DNA of 64,000 bases, taken from the NCBI GenBank assembly GCA_051294375.1, contig CM119265.1, positions 11,161,818-11,225,817 on the forward strand, read 5' to 3'. Made by a program: the position numbers and the translations under genes. Within the stretch, counting starts at the first letter, position 1. Each line of letters starts with the position of its first letter. The stretch is from Paraspadella gotoi. Its lineage: Eukaryota; Animalia; Chaetognatha. Shown here in pieces: positions 38,770 through 52,600 of this stretch. Under the pieces are notes generated by a model. The model was not told the origin of the DNA, ran no database searches, and saw only the letters and a program-made list of their open reading frames with translations.

Positions 38770-40120
38770 CTGAAGAAAAGAATATTTGCATAAAATGTAA
38801 AAGTGGATTATAAGTAATGACAAGTGTCATACTCAAATGCTGACTTGTGTTTTGAAGGTCGTACACCAATTAAATTTCTGTCCCACCTCAGTTAGTATAG
38901 TGTTTAATTCAATTATTAATGAGATAAAGTTCACCATATTAGAGATGATTTAGTGAACTACCAAAGACTCGATGCCAATTTATTGATTATTATATAATTA
39001 TTAAGGCGGGCCAAAATTGAACACTTTTTATAACTTCTAGTTCTCTCAAAAAAATTTTTCCTTCATTGGGTTGTTGCACTGAAGCTTTTAAATATTTATT
39101 AATATATAACAAATGACAACAAAAATTTTAAAAATTTCATTTTTTAAGAACAGATTCCTATAGAGCTTGAAAAGTTAAATGAAAGTTAGTACTAAAATCA
39201 TCATCATCATCCTCACTTCCATTTGCTGAATTTTATAGTTTTTTAAAATTTTCTTTATAAAAAAAAACAAATAAAAAGTTCTATTAATAACCTTTATCTA
39301 ACTTTGAAAGCTCTAGGCTCTACTCCCGCTTCGGGTATTTTAGACAATGATTTTGAAATTCGAATAACTATCATTTATTTTCATCCCACTGATAAATATA
39401 GGACATTCTTCAGTTAAAAAAACGGTTGGCTATAGTTATCTTTTCCTTATTACATCGAGCACACTAGGTGAATTTCTATGCCTTCAAAATATGGTAAGAC
39501 ATGATTTCTTCAATCAAATCTCGTTATCTGATTAATTTAAGAAAACAATATTTGCGATTTTTCATGTTAAGGACAACTTTTAAGGATCAAATTGCTCGTA
39601 GGAATTTACGCGTCAATCAGATTCACAGAACTCTTCAGGATAAAGATGACACTTAAAAATTTTCTTTTTTCCCCTCCATTTTACTTTTTTCTTCTCTTTC
39701 TCCCTCTCTGTCACTCTCTCTGTCACTCTTTCTTTCCCTCCTTTAATACTTCTCTCATCCCTTTCCTCTCTTTTGCCTTTTTTCCCCCCCCCTTCTTATT
39801 TTTTTCTTCCTTTTATTTCTGCTTTTCTTTTTCTATCATCGATTCTCTCTCTTTTTTTGTCTTTTCTTTTCTTTCCTTCTCTCTTGTTCTCAACCTCCTC
39901 TTAATCTTTTTTCTACTTTCAAATCCGATCGCTCTCCCTCTACCTCTACTTTCTTTTCACACACTCATTCTCCCTCCACTTCTCTTTTTTTCCCTCTACA
40001 ATTTTTAGTGATTATATTTTTAAAAATAAAAATAAAGAGTTATTATATATTCTCTCTCTCTGATATTTTTTTCTGTATCAGGGCTAAAATCTATTATGTT
40101 TGCAGAAAATATATGTTATA

Positions 40121-40281
40121 TTCTATGCCTCAAGGTGTTGCGCGTTCTATATGTCGCCCGTTTAAAGAATTCGACGGTCTTTGGATAATTATTGTTTTAT
40201 TAGTATCAATAATATTAAAAACCCTCGTCTTACTCTTTAAACGGGCGACGTCTAAAACGCGCGACACCTTGAGGCACAGAA
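40121..40281. mobile_element. Small hairpin MITE
   Basis: ~50-bp imperfect TIRs TTCT(A/G)TGCCTCAAGGTGT(T/C)GCGCG...GTCGCCCGTTTAAAGA. Confidence 0.6.
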
Positions 40282-41851
40282 AATCTGCAGTAGAAACTTT
40301 AATTAACGGGCAGACGCTAACTTGCTTCGATCATAATCGTTTCACAGAAAAAGATCTGCCATCGGATGAATAGGCATGATTTTATTTCAATTTTGGTCGC
40401 CTCGCAAATTTAGTAAATCGACAGATTTTGCGAAAAATATTTTCCGCAAAATCTGTCGATTCTCAGAAAAAACAAGTCCTGACGCTTTCCATTGGGTTAA
40501 AAGGATGCGGTTTTTTTTATTAATCAACGTCAGTATGTATATCATCTTTTAAAACTAATAAATGAGTTTAAAATATTCTCTTTATTAAAAATAAATGCAA
40601 GTCACAAAAAGTCACAAATTAATAGGCGTCTTTAAAAATTATGTGGCTAAACGAAACAGGTTTTTATGATAATTTTGTAGGTATTAAAAGCTTATTCAAT
40701 AGGCTATATTTTCTGTTAATTTAAACTAATTTGAACAATTTTTGTTTAACAAATTATGATAAAAACTGAAAATGAAACTTTTTGACTTGTCAACTTTAAA
40801 ATTAATTCATAGGCAAACTATAAATGATTTAAGGAAATAAATTTACCCTGAGGCGAAGAAGATAAGGAAGAACGGATTTCCCAAGTAAAAGATTTTTCTC
40901 AACTTTCCTTGCCATTCAAATCAGAAGACGAAAGTGAAAATGGATGAAAATGGACATGATTTTTTTTCCTAAATGTTGCAATAATTGTACTTTTTTATCA
41001 TTAGAAACAGGTAGAGATGATTTTAACCAATCCCTAATTCGGCCCAATTTGTATTGTGGTACAAATTAAATTAATAATGTAACAACTGAACAATATTAGA
41101 AAAAGTTGTTTTTTGCTAAATGCGACGTTTGTAAGCGGAACCTCTATCAGAATCTATTAAAAAAAATTTAAAAATGAAAAAAAAATTTTGTACTTTATAT
41201 AGTAATAAAATAATCTTTAAATGCTTCCGTGCGCTAATTAATAAGCTAAATTTTAAAAATTATTTTCATATTCTTTAACAGTCACTTAACCATTATTTAT
41301 TTGAGAGAACTTCTTGTTTTCAACCTGTTCCGGCCTGATAATTATGTATGAATTTATTGTTTATAATCTATAATTACAGGGACTTCAATCAAGAGTGATA
41401 CGAAAAGATAGAGAGAGAAAATTTCATTTTCACAACGAATTAGTTTAATAAAATAATTTGTGAACTTATGTAATATTTTGCCTGATTAACTGAGAAAAGT
41501 GTCACTTATGGTGGACTAAAATCCACCAAATCCGCTCATGACCTAGCTCATTAAGTAAAAAGATTTGTTTAAGATACAGAAAGTACAAAACTAATGGTCA
41601 TGATATACAAACAAAAAAGTATAAGAAAATTCAGCCTCCAGCTATTTTTATTATTAACAGAAGTTTTAACTCAGTTAAATTAAGAAATAAAATTTATTAA
41701 CATTAAATTTTTTTTGTTGAAAATATTCTAGGGCTTAAACTAATTTAATGTCAATGTTAAACTAAGTTTTATTTGAAAAATATTTATAAATTAATACCCT
41801 TTAGAACAAAGTTTGAAGAGAGATTTAACAACGATTTTTATTTCATAGTGA

Positions 41852-41893
41852 AACGGACATGTTTCGACTCACATACGAGTCTTCTTCAGCGCC
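41852..41893 (-). ncRNA. Minimal type I hammerhead ribozyme (PLE pLTR)
   Basis: GGCG-CTGAAGA-A-GACTC...GAGTC-GAAAC-AT-GTC-CGTT. Confidence 0.8.
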
Positions 41894-42029
41894 AATTCAA
41901 TTTGTGAAAAAAAAACACAAATTAATACCCTAAAATAGAGCATTTTATTAATTTATATTTAATTTTTTATCAATTTATTTGAATTTTTTAAAATAATGTT
42001 TCTCTTCTTAATTTTAGCAAATTAGATCA

Positions 42030-42149
42030 ATTAAAAACGAAAATTTTCGTGGAACAACAATAAAGTTTTTTATTAACTTTGGACATGTTTCGGCTTACAA
42101 CTCAAGCCTACATCAGCATTTGAAATCATAAATAATTTATTTCACAAAC

Positions 42150-42197
<48 letters not shown>

Positions 42198-42995
42198 TCC
42201 AACAAAGAATTTAGTAAAGGAAAGTGGTCAGATGTGAGGACAGGTGAAGATGAGGACAGGGATGAAAAGGAGGGTGAATGTGAAATTGGTGAAAAGGGAG
42301 AGAGAGAGGGAGAGAGAGACACAGAGAGAGAGAGAGAAATAATAGTATACATTAGGCAATGTACAACAAAGATAAATAGTATTATAAACTAGACATAACA
42401 AAGATTGAAATAAATTAAATTAGGCTGTTTGTGCATTTTTGAAATAGTGCAATATTGAAAATGAAATGGAAAAGGATAGTTTGTGAGGGATAGTTAAGAT
42501 AAAGAGGTAAGAGAAAAACAAGTAAAGAAAGAGCTCAAAATGAGCTGGTCCCCCCCCAGCCGGGCAAATGAGGGATATTACTGATGAATTTCGGTTCATA
42601 GGCCTGTCATAGGTTGAGAGAGTATTGTGGAGTTAGTTAGGCTGGGATCTGGTAATGATCCACCTGGAAAAATGCCCAGTGCCACTCGAATGTCTCTCTG
42701 ACCTGATAAGCCTGCCGAATGCCCTCCTCTCCCCGGACGGTGAGGCGGGCGATTGCCTGTTCTGGCCTGTTTTGGTACAGGAGATACAGACTCCTCCCCC
42801 TCCTCCTGCAGCCGTCGTTTTGGGCTCTCTCTCTCAATGTTTGTGAAATAAATTATTTGTGATTTTAAATGCTGATGAAGGCTTGAGTTGTAAGCCGAAA
42901 CATGTCCAAAGTTAATAAAAAACTTTATTGTTGTTCCTCGAAAATTTTCGTTTTTAATTAATCTCAACAAACAACAAAAGAAAGGATTAATACAA
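42030..42995 (-). mobile_element. Truncated Penelope-like insertion with inverted pLTR copies and two hammerheads
   Basis: Inverted repeat ~42030-42160 / ~42825-42960; hammerheads at 42079-42120 (minus, core mutated CTGATGT) and 42867-42910 (plus, CTGATGA); 14-bp TSD AGCAAATTAGATCA at 42016-42029 and 42996-43009. Confidence 0.8.
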
Positions 42996-44707
42996 AGCAA
43001 ATTAGATCATAAATTTGTCAGTTATATTTCTGTTTTAAAGCTGTCAATTAAAAATTGCCTACTTTTATTCAGTTTACTAGGTAAACCTAAAATAGTCTAT
43101 TACCTACTTAAGAAAATATCTTTACCTAAGTTCACCCCTTAGTTGTGCAAATCAAATTGATTCTCTAAATATTTTAAGGAAAACAAAAAAACTTGTAATA
43201 TAATCAAAACAAAAAGCAATCAGGTTATAAAATTTGTTCATACTAATAGAAAAATACTTAAACTTTTTTTTTTACCAAATCATAACATTCTAGCTATGTT
43301 ATAAACATTTTCCTCAGAGGGAAAATTTCAGAAGAAGCAAAATTTTTACTTTGAAAGTGGATCTTGCTATCAATTGCATTAAAACAATTGAATTTTTTTC
43401 ATGCTTCATTTTTTTGTTTAATAAGATACTGTAGTAAATGTATCAGGAACTAGAATAAAAAAATCTTAAAGTATAGTGATCTCGCCAGACGTTACTATCA
43501 AAGAAAATTAATGAAAAAATCCAGAAAAAAAAATATTGATGCAATAACAAATTGATTGATGTAATAATAATTGATTGATATAATAGTAATTGATTGAATT
43601 AATAATAATTGATTGAATTAATAATAATTGATTGAATTAATAATAATTGATTGAATTAATAATAATTGATTGAATTAATAATAATTGATTAAATTAAAAG
43701 AAATTGATTGAAGTAATAGTAATTGATTTATGTAATAGTAATTGATTAATATAATAACAATTGAATAATACAATAATAAGTAATAGTAATTGAATAATAC
43801 AATAGTAAGTAATAGTAATTAATTGATTGATACAATAGTAAGTAATAGTAATTGATTGATACAATAGTAAGTAATAGTAATTGATTGATATAATAGTAAG
43901 TAATAGTAATTGATTGATATAATAGTAAGTAATAGTAATTGATTGATTATAATAATAATTGATTGATCTAATAATAATAATTGATTGATATAATAATAAT
44001 TGATTGATATAATAATAAATTATGTAATAATAATTGATTGATATAATAATAATTTTATGTAATAATAATTGATTGATATAATAATAATTGATTTATATAA
44101 TAATAATTGATTGATATAATAGTAATTGATTGATAGAATAATAATTGATTGATGTAATAGTAATTGATTGATTTAATAGTAATTGATTAATATAATAGTA
44201 ATTGATTAATATAATATATATTTATAACCAATAACATAATAACTAAATATTGATGCAATGATAACCAAATATTGATGCAATAATAACCAAATAATTGATA
44301 CGATGATAACCAAAGGATGCAATAATAACCAAATGATTGATACAATAATAACCAAGTGATTGATTGATGTTATGATCACCAAATGATTGCTATGATTTCC
44401 ATCCACTGCATATCAGATAAAACTACGACTGAAAAAAATAAATGAAAAATAAGTTTGAGCAAACAATGTCGGATTTGCCTACAATAATTAAGCAATAAGC
44501 TAATCCGATTATAAATTACGGTAATGTTTTCTGACTTTCAATTTATGATTTTAACAGATCATAACACATTATAACATAAAAAATCATAACATACTTCTTA
44601 ATAAATCTTAAAAAAATTTAAACATTGTTGTGATTCTTTCTTTTTCGTTGTGTTTGTGTTTAAGGAATAACGTATTTTTAGTGTGTAACAACGAATTTTT
44701 ATTTCAT

Positions 44708-44752
44708 AGGGACATGTTTCGACTCTGTGGTTGAGAGTCTTCATCAGCAATT
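44708..44752 (-). ncRNA. Minimal type I hammerhead ribozyme (PLE pLTR)
   Basis: CTGATGA-A-GACTCTC...AGAGTC-GAAAC-AT-GTC; followed on + by the (GA)n-TTCCAACAAAGA pLTR segment also seen at 4470 and 42197. Confidence 0.75.
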
Positions 44753-45652
44753 GATTCAATCAACAATTTTCTCATTAATGTTAGTTTTTAGAGAGAGAGA
44801 GAGAGGAAGGAATAGAGAGAGAGACAAAAAGAGGGAGATTCCAACAAAGAATTGAGAAAGGACAGATGTGATGCCCTTACCTTCACCTGTCCTCACATCT
44901 GACCATCTAATCTAATCTATCAAAAATTACCAGTATCCTTGCCAATACCAGTTTGCTTAATTTGCTAATTTTGCATAATTGGGTCAACTTGCATAATTTA
45001 ATCCACTGGTATTATTTGGTCAACTAAAATAATTTTTTTTAACTTGCAGAATTTGGTCACTTAGATAATTGTTCAACTGGCATAATTTGGTCAACTTGCA
45101 ATCAATCAATCAATCAGAGAGAAAGAGAATTTAAAAAAAATTCAAATAAATGTATATTAGAGTGATGTGAAAATGATACAATTTTAAAAAATTAAAATTT
45201 AGCATATAAAATATGAAAATAAAAACCAATAAAAATACTTTGGTAAATTTCTTTTTTAATTGTATACATTGGTGGGCACTAGTGAACTATATTTATATAT
45301 AGTATTAAGTATATAATAGGCTAAAATTTCAAATTTCTAATTCCTAAATTTTAAGATCGGATTTGGATTCTTTGCAAAAAGTTAACATAAGAAAGTATAA
45401 TTCTTTTTTAAAAATTATTTCATTAAGTTGGTTAAAAATGTAAAAAAATATATTTAAGACGCCGATTTTCAATTTGCAGGTTTAAAAATATAATTTTTTA
45501 TAATTTTAACCTACTTGGGTCTTTTCATACAATTGAAACATTCTTTGAATATTATACCACTTCATTGATAGGGAAGACAGGTACTCTGGGAGTGAATAAA
45601 CGAGACTGTGAGAGAGTCTTGATTGAAAGCTCGCAGGGACCTGCTATGTCAT

Positions 45653-45715
45653 TATCTTGTAAGAGTGATGGAGGCCTTAAACCACCAAAGCCTGTCCAAA
45701 GTCAGGGGCAAGATA
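45653..45715 (+). ncRNA. P5-type twister ribozyme, family A (copy 2)
   Basis: Same sequence as 765-827. Confidence 0.72.
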
Positions 45716-46944
45716 GCTTATTTATTAAATGAATGGATAATTTTTATATTGGTTGTACCAATTTCATAATTTTTAAAAAAGATTTATATTTTATATTTTA
45801 TCAACTTTTAACGAGGAATCTGAATCTGTTCTCAGAATTAAAAAAAAACATTTTAAAATTTTGACATTATATAAGGGTAGTACTATATACAAAATAAGCT
45901 GACTGGGCGGGCTACTATATTTAAAAAAAAAACAAAAAAACTACAGATTAATATTTACTAATATGATAGTTTTTAAGATATAACTGCTAAATTTCGATTC
46001 CAAACTTTCACTTCACCCTAATGTATATTTTGGTTTTTTAATTTAAACTCTTTTCCACTCCTACAATTCCATCAAAAATTTATTTCCAGCTTAGTTGCAT
46101 ACTTTCCTACCTACACACAAAATTTCATCTGAATTTGTCAATCTAATTTTTAATAAACATAATAATTATGAGTAAATTTAAGTAAATATGACTTTTATTT
46201 TTTCCATTTTAACCTATTTCCACTTGCACGATTCCATTAAAACTTTATATCCAGCTCAATCACACACACACATCGTAACATCATACAAAATTTCAAGTCA
46301 ATTGCCCTATCCACTCATGAGCAATTGGCGTTCAAATAGTGAAATATTTTTTTTTTCCATTTAAACCAATTTCCACTCGCACAATTCCAGCGAAACTTCA
46401 TATCCATCTCAATCACAGTTTCCTACCAACACACAAAATTTCATACCAATCTATCCATACCATACCAATTGGAGTTTTTTGCTAGGGGGGGACAGACAGA
46501 CGGACGGACGGACGGATGGAAGGACATTATTTTTGCATATTTTATCATAATTTGAGATTCTGATATTATAATAATGATTTACCGACAATATTTTGGGGTG
46601 GGACCGACGGACCGACAAAGTGAATTATAGAGTCGGAATCTGCTGATAAGCAGTTCCGACTAAAAATAAGCATGACGATGCCAACGACGACGGTACAAAG
46701 AAGCAATAGCGAACATATTGCCCAAGACGGGTCTCAGCCGGTCTGGCGAGATAAAAATTTTATAATATGAATAATACTAATAATAATCATCACGTTTTCC
46801 CTTTAAAATCTATTAAAATTATGAAAGACGACTTTGTTGATAAATAATAGTTATTATAATAAGTAAGGTTTTGTGGATAAGGCGCTAAGTGGGCTGAAGA
46901 TGACTATCCGTAACTTCTATAACCACCTTTAGTAGCTATGGAAC

Positions 46945-47020
46945 CGGTCCTGGGCTTGGAACCAGGCTTGAGGGTTCGCCACACCCCCAAGGCGGCTTAC
47001 GGCCGTCCTCACGCTTCCCG
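46945..47020 (-). ncRNA. P5-type twister ribozyme, family D
   Basis: Minus strand: CGGG-AA-GCGT-GA[GGA]-CGGCCG-T^AA-GCC-GC-P3(CTTGGGGG/CCCTCAAG)-CCTGG-T[TCC]AAGC-CCAGG-A-CCG; T1 UCC/GGA; preceded by tRNA-like head 47030-47100 (TGGCTCATTG, GGTTCAATCCC). Confidence 0.82.
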
Positions 47021-47469
47021 CAGGGTAGGTACTGGGTTGGGATTGAACCCGGTACCTAGTGGTCATGAGCTAATGGCTTTACTCAATGAGCCACCGGGTC
47101 AGGACTGAAGGTGTCATGCTTATAGGCGGGGTGAACCTAGGCAATGCCCGACTACAGTTTTACATGAAAATTTTTTTTAATAATACTAATTTGACTTTTT
47201 ATCACCAAAAATTCCCATTTTTATATAAGATGACTTTACAATCAGCGTTAAAAATTGTTAAACTCAATTTTAAGCACATCGATGATGAGAAGCTGTATAT
47301 TAATTTTCAGCTTCATACACACAAATTTAATCATAAAAAAGGCGATCTATAATTTGGAACGCCGAAAACAACGCCGACGACGACGCCACTTATGCGCAAA
47401 AGCGTTACAAGATCGTCGCAAACGCTAAGCGATTGCGACGATAAAAATAACATAAATAACATTGGAAAT

Positions 47470-48207
47470 AAACAAGTTTGAGAAAACAATGTCGGATCTG
47501 CCCACGATCATTATCGGTAATTAATTAATTAATAAATAATTAATTATATAATTAATTAATAATTAATTTATTCAAGTTAATTATGCGATTATGCAATTAA
47601 TTTGATCCAAACTGTTTGTTTTGATTGATTAATTAACTGATTAATTAATTATTGATTAATTAACTGACTAATTGATTAATTAACTAATTAATTATTTGAT
47701 TAATTAATACATCTTGCATTTACATTTAAAATAAAAAGAAAAAGAAGAATAATCAATTAGTGAAATAATTTCTTTGTTTTTTTCATTTAAACTCATTTCC
47801 ATTCAAACAATTCCATCGAAACTTTATTTCCAGTTTAATCACACACTTTTCTACCCAAATACAAAATTTCATGAGTAATTGGTGTTCAAATAGTGAAATA
47901 TATTTTTTTGTTTTTTCCATTTAAAGTCATTTCCACTCAAACGATTCCATCGAAACTTCATATCCAGCTCAATCACACACTTCCCTACCCACACACAAAA
48001 TTTCATCCATCTAATCACGAGTAATTAATTGGTGTTTTTTGCTAAGGACGGACGGACAGACAGATGGACGGACGTTTTTTTTTGCATAATTTATCATAAT
48101 TCGATGTTTTGACATATAAGTGAATGCCCGACAAGATTGAGGGGGCGGACCGACGGACCGACAAAGTGAATTATAGAGTCGGGATCTGCTGAAAGCAGAT
48201 CCGACTA
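47470..48207 (-). mobile_element. Short HINE/DINE-like element
   Basis: Both termini present. Confidence 0.75.
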
Positions 48208-48945
48208 AAAAAGGGGCAAAAACCAATATTAATTGAAAAGGAAGATGGGGACAGGAATGGAAGGAAATAACAAACTCAGTCAAAAATACTATGAATAAAA
48301 AAATATATATAAAAATATTATATTGGTTGTACCAATTTTATATAAATTTGGTATCTATTGTCATTCAATAATTTTGCAAAACTGAGAACATGTTATTAAA
48401 AATTATTTTAAGCACTTAAAAATATAAGATTTTCAATTTTTTATACCTAAAACATTAATGAAAGGCTCTATGCTCTTAATAATAGTGTTTTAGTTATTAT
48501 AAATTATAATAAATTATAAATAATAAATTATACAAAATTTATTAAGTGTTCCTTTTACCCAAGGGTGGGGTAAAACGGAACACTTTTCTATTTTTTTAAA
48601 AAATGCGACCCCTAGGGGCCGCAGGATAAAAATGAATACATTATCCTGTAGCGGGGACAATTTCCTAGATATATCACCAGAAAATCTTTTTTTAAAAATC
48701 AATTTACTATGCGAAAAATTTGATTACTTCCAAAAGTGTTCCGAATTACCCCGTAATACCCTATTTGATGGCTGAATTTTAAGATATAGAGATATAAAAT
48801 AAAGCTTGAAAGATAGAGCGATTGGTCAAAGTCCCAATAAAATCGAACAAAGCGTTCTAAAGTTATGGGACGACAAAGTTGATTGGTACAAAAATCGAAA
48901 AAGAAGAAGGTTTCGTCAAAAAGAGTCAATGACTTTTCCTTTGTT

Positions 48946-48987
48946 AACGCTGAAGAAGGCTTGTATGTAAGCCGAAACATGTACGTT
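48946..48987 (+). ncRNA. Minimal type I hammerhead ribozyme (PLE pLTR)
   Basis: AACG-CTGAAGA-A-GGCTT...AAGCC-GAAAC-AT-GTA-CGTT; perfect stem I. Confidence 0.82.
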
Positions 48988-49604
48988 TTTACAAATAAAG
49001 TCGTTGTAGAAAAACATTAAAAACGTCTTCCAAATAGTTTTTCATATTTTTCACACACTTATGATCGAAATATCGAAAAAAGAATTATACTTTGTGTAGA
49101 CAACTTTTTACAAGCTACCTGAATTTGATCTTAAAAATAAAAAAATCCTAAAACAAATTTTAGCCTTTCCTATTTATAAATAAATATTAAAAAATTAATA
49201 TATATAGTATGGAGTAATAATAAAATTTTTTGTCTATTAAATTTTCGTTTGAGCTGAGTGAGGCTCCCCCTAATATAAACGTCAAGTAGTTTTCTAACTA
49301 ATAAATGTTATAAAAATAATATACAGTGAAAGAATTACGAGTTTAATCAAGTCTTTTCGTATCGCTACAGATTGACGTCCCTGTATTATTCCTTTCGGTT
49401 CGGATCAGGCTATGGTTCGTGAAATGACTAACTATGGCTAAAATTAACTTACTTGCATCCTTTTGTTAAGGATTTTGAGTTTCTAGATCTTCTGTAATGC
49501 TAGTCACAATCTACTATTTATGATTATTAATTTAATATTAAAGGTTTTATCATATTGAATGTAACTTTCGAAAAAAAGCAAAAATATTCAAATTTCTACA
49601 TCAG

Positions 49605-52600
49605 TCAAATTCCTTCTTCTTTAAGAAACCCGTGTTCTGAAGCAGGGTAAACATTTCGATCATCATTGAAATTGATATGAACGTATAGTTTATTTCGACC
49701 GAATTCATAGTCAATCCTCTCACTTTCGGGTTTCATTTGGTCGTCTTCCTTGTCGTCGCCGCTGTCATCTTCGCCGTCGGGTTCCTCCACTTCCTCCTCC
49801 TCATCCTCCTCGCTCTTCTCCCGGATCTTCCCCGTGGCGTCGGCCGTCCGCGGCACGATCTTGACGCCCTCCACCGTCAGCTCCTCGCTCTTCAAAAACT
49901 CTTCCAACGACGACTTTTTCTCAAAGTAGATGAAACCTGGAGAGAGAAGGAGTTGAGAAAGCGGAATTTCGCGAAAGGAAATAGGATTCTCGCAGATAGA
50001 CATCAATCTTGTTAGTAATATTTAAATTAGCCTCCAATTTAGTAATTAACTTTCTTTCAAATTTTGTCTCTCTTAATTCTGTAAGTTCCAAAGTTTAATA
50101 TTTCATAGATTCCCAGGAACTTGGCGCCTATTTTGTAAACATTTTGTCTAAGTAGAATAAACAAAGGAAGAGAGACGAGAAGGAGGCCGAGATTTTAGTA
50201 CATTCCATTTTTAGATCTCAAGGGAGTAAGACGCAATATTTTAACAACTGTTTGATTTACTAATACAACTTTGGCAATCTACAATTATTTCAGGTAACTT
50301 CAAAAAATAAGACTAGTCAATCATGTACCACCTAGCTCTCTATCTGTCATCTATTGAGGGTCACAGGTCACGTTACCGACATGGTGGCCAGCGTTGTTCG
50401 CTTAACGGACAGCCTCGAAGTTATCTGTACGCGCGAATGTTTGTTTTTGTCCGAGTTAATAAGGGGGTAATATAAGATTTTTTTCTTTTCCCAATAAAAC
50501 GAAATGCATTGTAAAGTGAAGAAATTTTTTTCTTAAAACGTTTAGTATATTTTTTTTGTTTTTGTTTTAGCCTCTCTGACTTACGAACATGATTTATTGT
50601 TGATAACGATGAATTTTGGGATGTTCTTACTCGAAAACCAAAACAAATTTAGTTTTGTTTATTAACCGGTAATCTTTATAATTCGACGTTTGGGTTATTC
50701 AATATTATTATTATTCAATTCGCTCGATTCCTACATTAAAGATTTCATTCGGCATAATTTTTTTACTTTCGATATTTTTAATTTACACGGTTGAAACGGA
50801 CAATGTATTTGGGTAACAAAGATAGTAAGCACGGATGGTTACAAAGCATTTTAAATTGGGTCGAATGATATAAACGAGTTGAGATAGAATTTTTCCTTCC
50901 TTTGGGAGGGAGGGAAACTGCCACCATGTCGGTAACGTGACCTGTGACCCTCAATAGATGACAGATAGAGAGCTAGGTGGTACATGATTGACTAGTCTTA
51001 TTTTTTGAAGTTACCTGAAATAATTGTAGATTGCCAAAGTTGTATTAGTAAATCAAACAGTTGTTAAAATATTGCGTCTTACTCCCTTGAGATCTAAAAA
51101 TGGAATGTACTAAAATCTCGGCCTCCCTCTTGTCTCTCTTCCTTTGTTTATTCTACTTAGACAAAATGTTTACAAAATAGGCGCCGAGTTCCTGGGAATC
51201 TATGAAATATTAAACTTTGGAACTTACAGAATTAAGAGAGACAAAATTTGAAAGAAAGTTAATTACTAAATTGGAGGATAATTAAAATATTACTAACCAA
51301 ATTTTTTTATTTCTTCTCGCGTTTATATTTTTATATTCCAGCCGAGTGAAAAGAAAAGAAAAGAATAACAGAAAAAAACAATCAAAAAACAGTGGGATGA
51401 TCACCCGCATCGGGGGTCGCGAGTCTGACGAAAAAGACTGTGCCGAACTTCTTCTCGCATGTCGTCTTGAGTTTCAGTCGCGTCATGTCGGTTGACGGAT
51501 GATCCGTCTCTTCAGTAGAAGTCAGAGAGAACCCGCCCTTTTTAAAGATCGAGTCGCCTACCGCGATCTCCCACTAGAAAAAAATGGGAAGATTTTGAAA
51601 GTTAGCTTTTTACTTATAGATAACAAGAAAATAATAATTATTTTTAGCCGGATTTGCTTACAGCAGATTCCGGCTCTATAATTCACTTTGTCGGTCCGTC
51701 TGTCGGCCCCCCTATTTTGTCGGGCATTCACTTATATCATATAAAAACATCAAATTAAAATAAATTATGCAAAAAAAATTATGTCCGTCTGTCCCACCTT
51801 AGCAAAAAACAACAATTACTCGTGATTTGATGGATGGATTGGAATGAAATTTTGTGTGTGGGTAAGAAAGTGTGTGATTGAATGATGGAATCGTCCAAGT
51901 GGAAATGAGTTAAAATAAAAAAAACAAACAATCTATTTCACTATGCTTTTTTATTTTTATATTAAATGTAAATTCAAGCTGCATTAATTAATTATTAAAA
52001 AATAAGTAATTAATTATTAACTATTTGTAATTAATTAATTTTGTGATCGAGATTGTTGTTTTGTGATTGAGAGGCGAGACAAAGTAGAAAACGATTTTGA
52101 TACGAATAAAAAAAAATAATTAAATTAATTATCTGATTAGCTGCTTACCTCTAATTATCGTGGTCAGATCCGGCATTGTTTGCTCAAACTTGTTTTAATA
52201 CAAAAGGCTTCATATTATAAATTGAAGTACTATGGCAACGGGGGGACATGTGTGATGCCTGTGATGAGGCATCTCCCGACAGCTGGCGCTCAGGGCTTTG
52301 GACCTGCAGTGACCACCCCATGTCATTGGGGTGTTTATGCCGACACCATCACACTTTAACCAGCGTGACCGTGAGGGGATTGAACCCGGAACTCACTGTT
52401 GGTGAACGAGTACTTAGCTGTCCAATCCAATGGGACGAGTTGAGTTTCACCAAGCTATACAGAAATTTAAGATTCACCACACATGCCCCCCCCAAGACAG
52501 CACACTGGGGTCCTCAAGCCCGGAGTGACTGTCTTGAGAGTAGATGGGCTCATTGCCATAGAGAGCGAGCGAGCGAGCAGTAGGGCATAGGCGTGGGATG

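Larger units (their letters stand above)
44448..46664 (-). mobile_element. HINE/DINE-like element with nested PLE hammerhead and twister family A repeat
   Basis: Both termini present. Confidence 0.65.

Noticed and set aside
37786-38869. Apparent frameshifted pseudogene or retrocopy (four ORF fragments in different frames)
   Set aside because: All frame changes are resolved by canonical short GT-AG introns
40845-40947. Plus-strand acidic peptide (EEDKEERISQVKDFSQLSLPFKSEDESENG*) as a terminal exon
   Set aside because: Weak acceptor, no partner exons, no recognisable homology
46892-46920. CTGAAGA hammerhead-like core
   Set aside because: No matching stem II-GAAAC-stem III downstream
49375-49412. 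GTCCCTG...TTCGGATCAGGCT resembling twister family B
   Set aside because: Only a degenerate P4 fragment; the catalytic elements are absent
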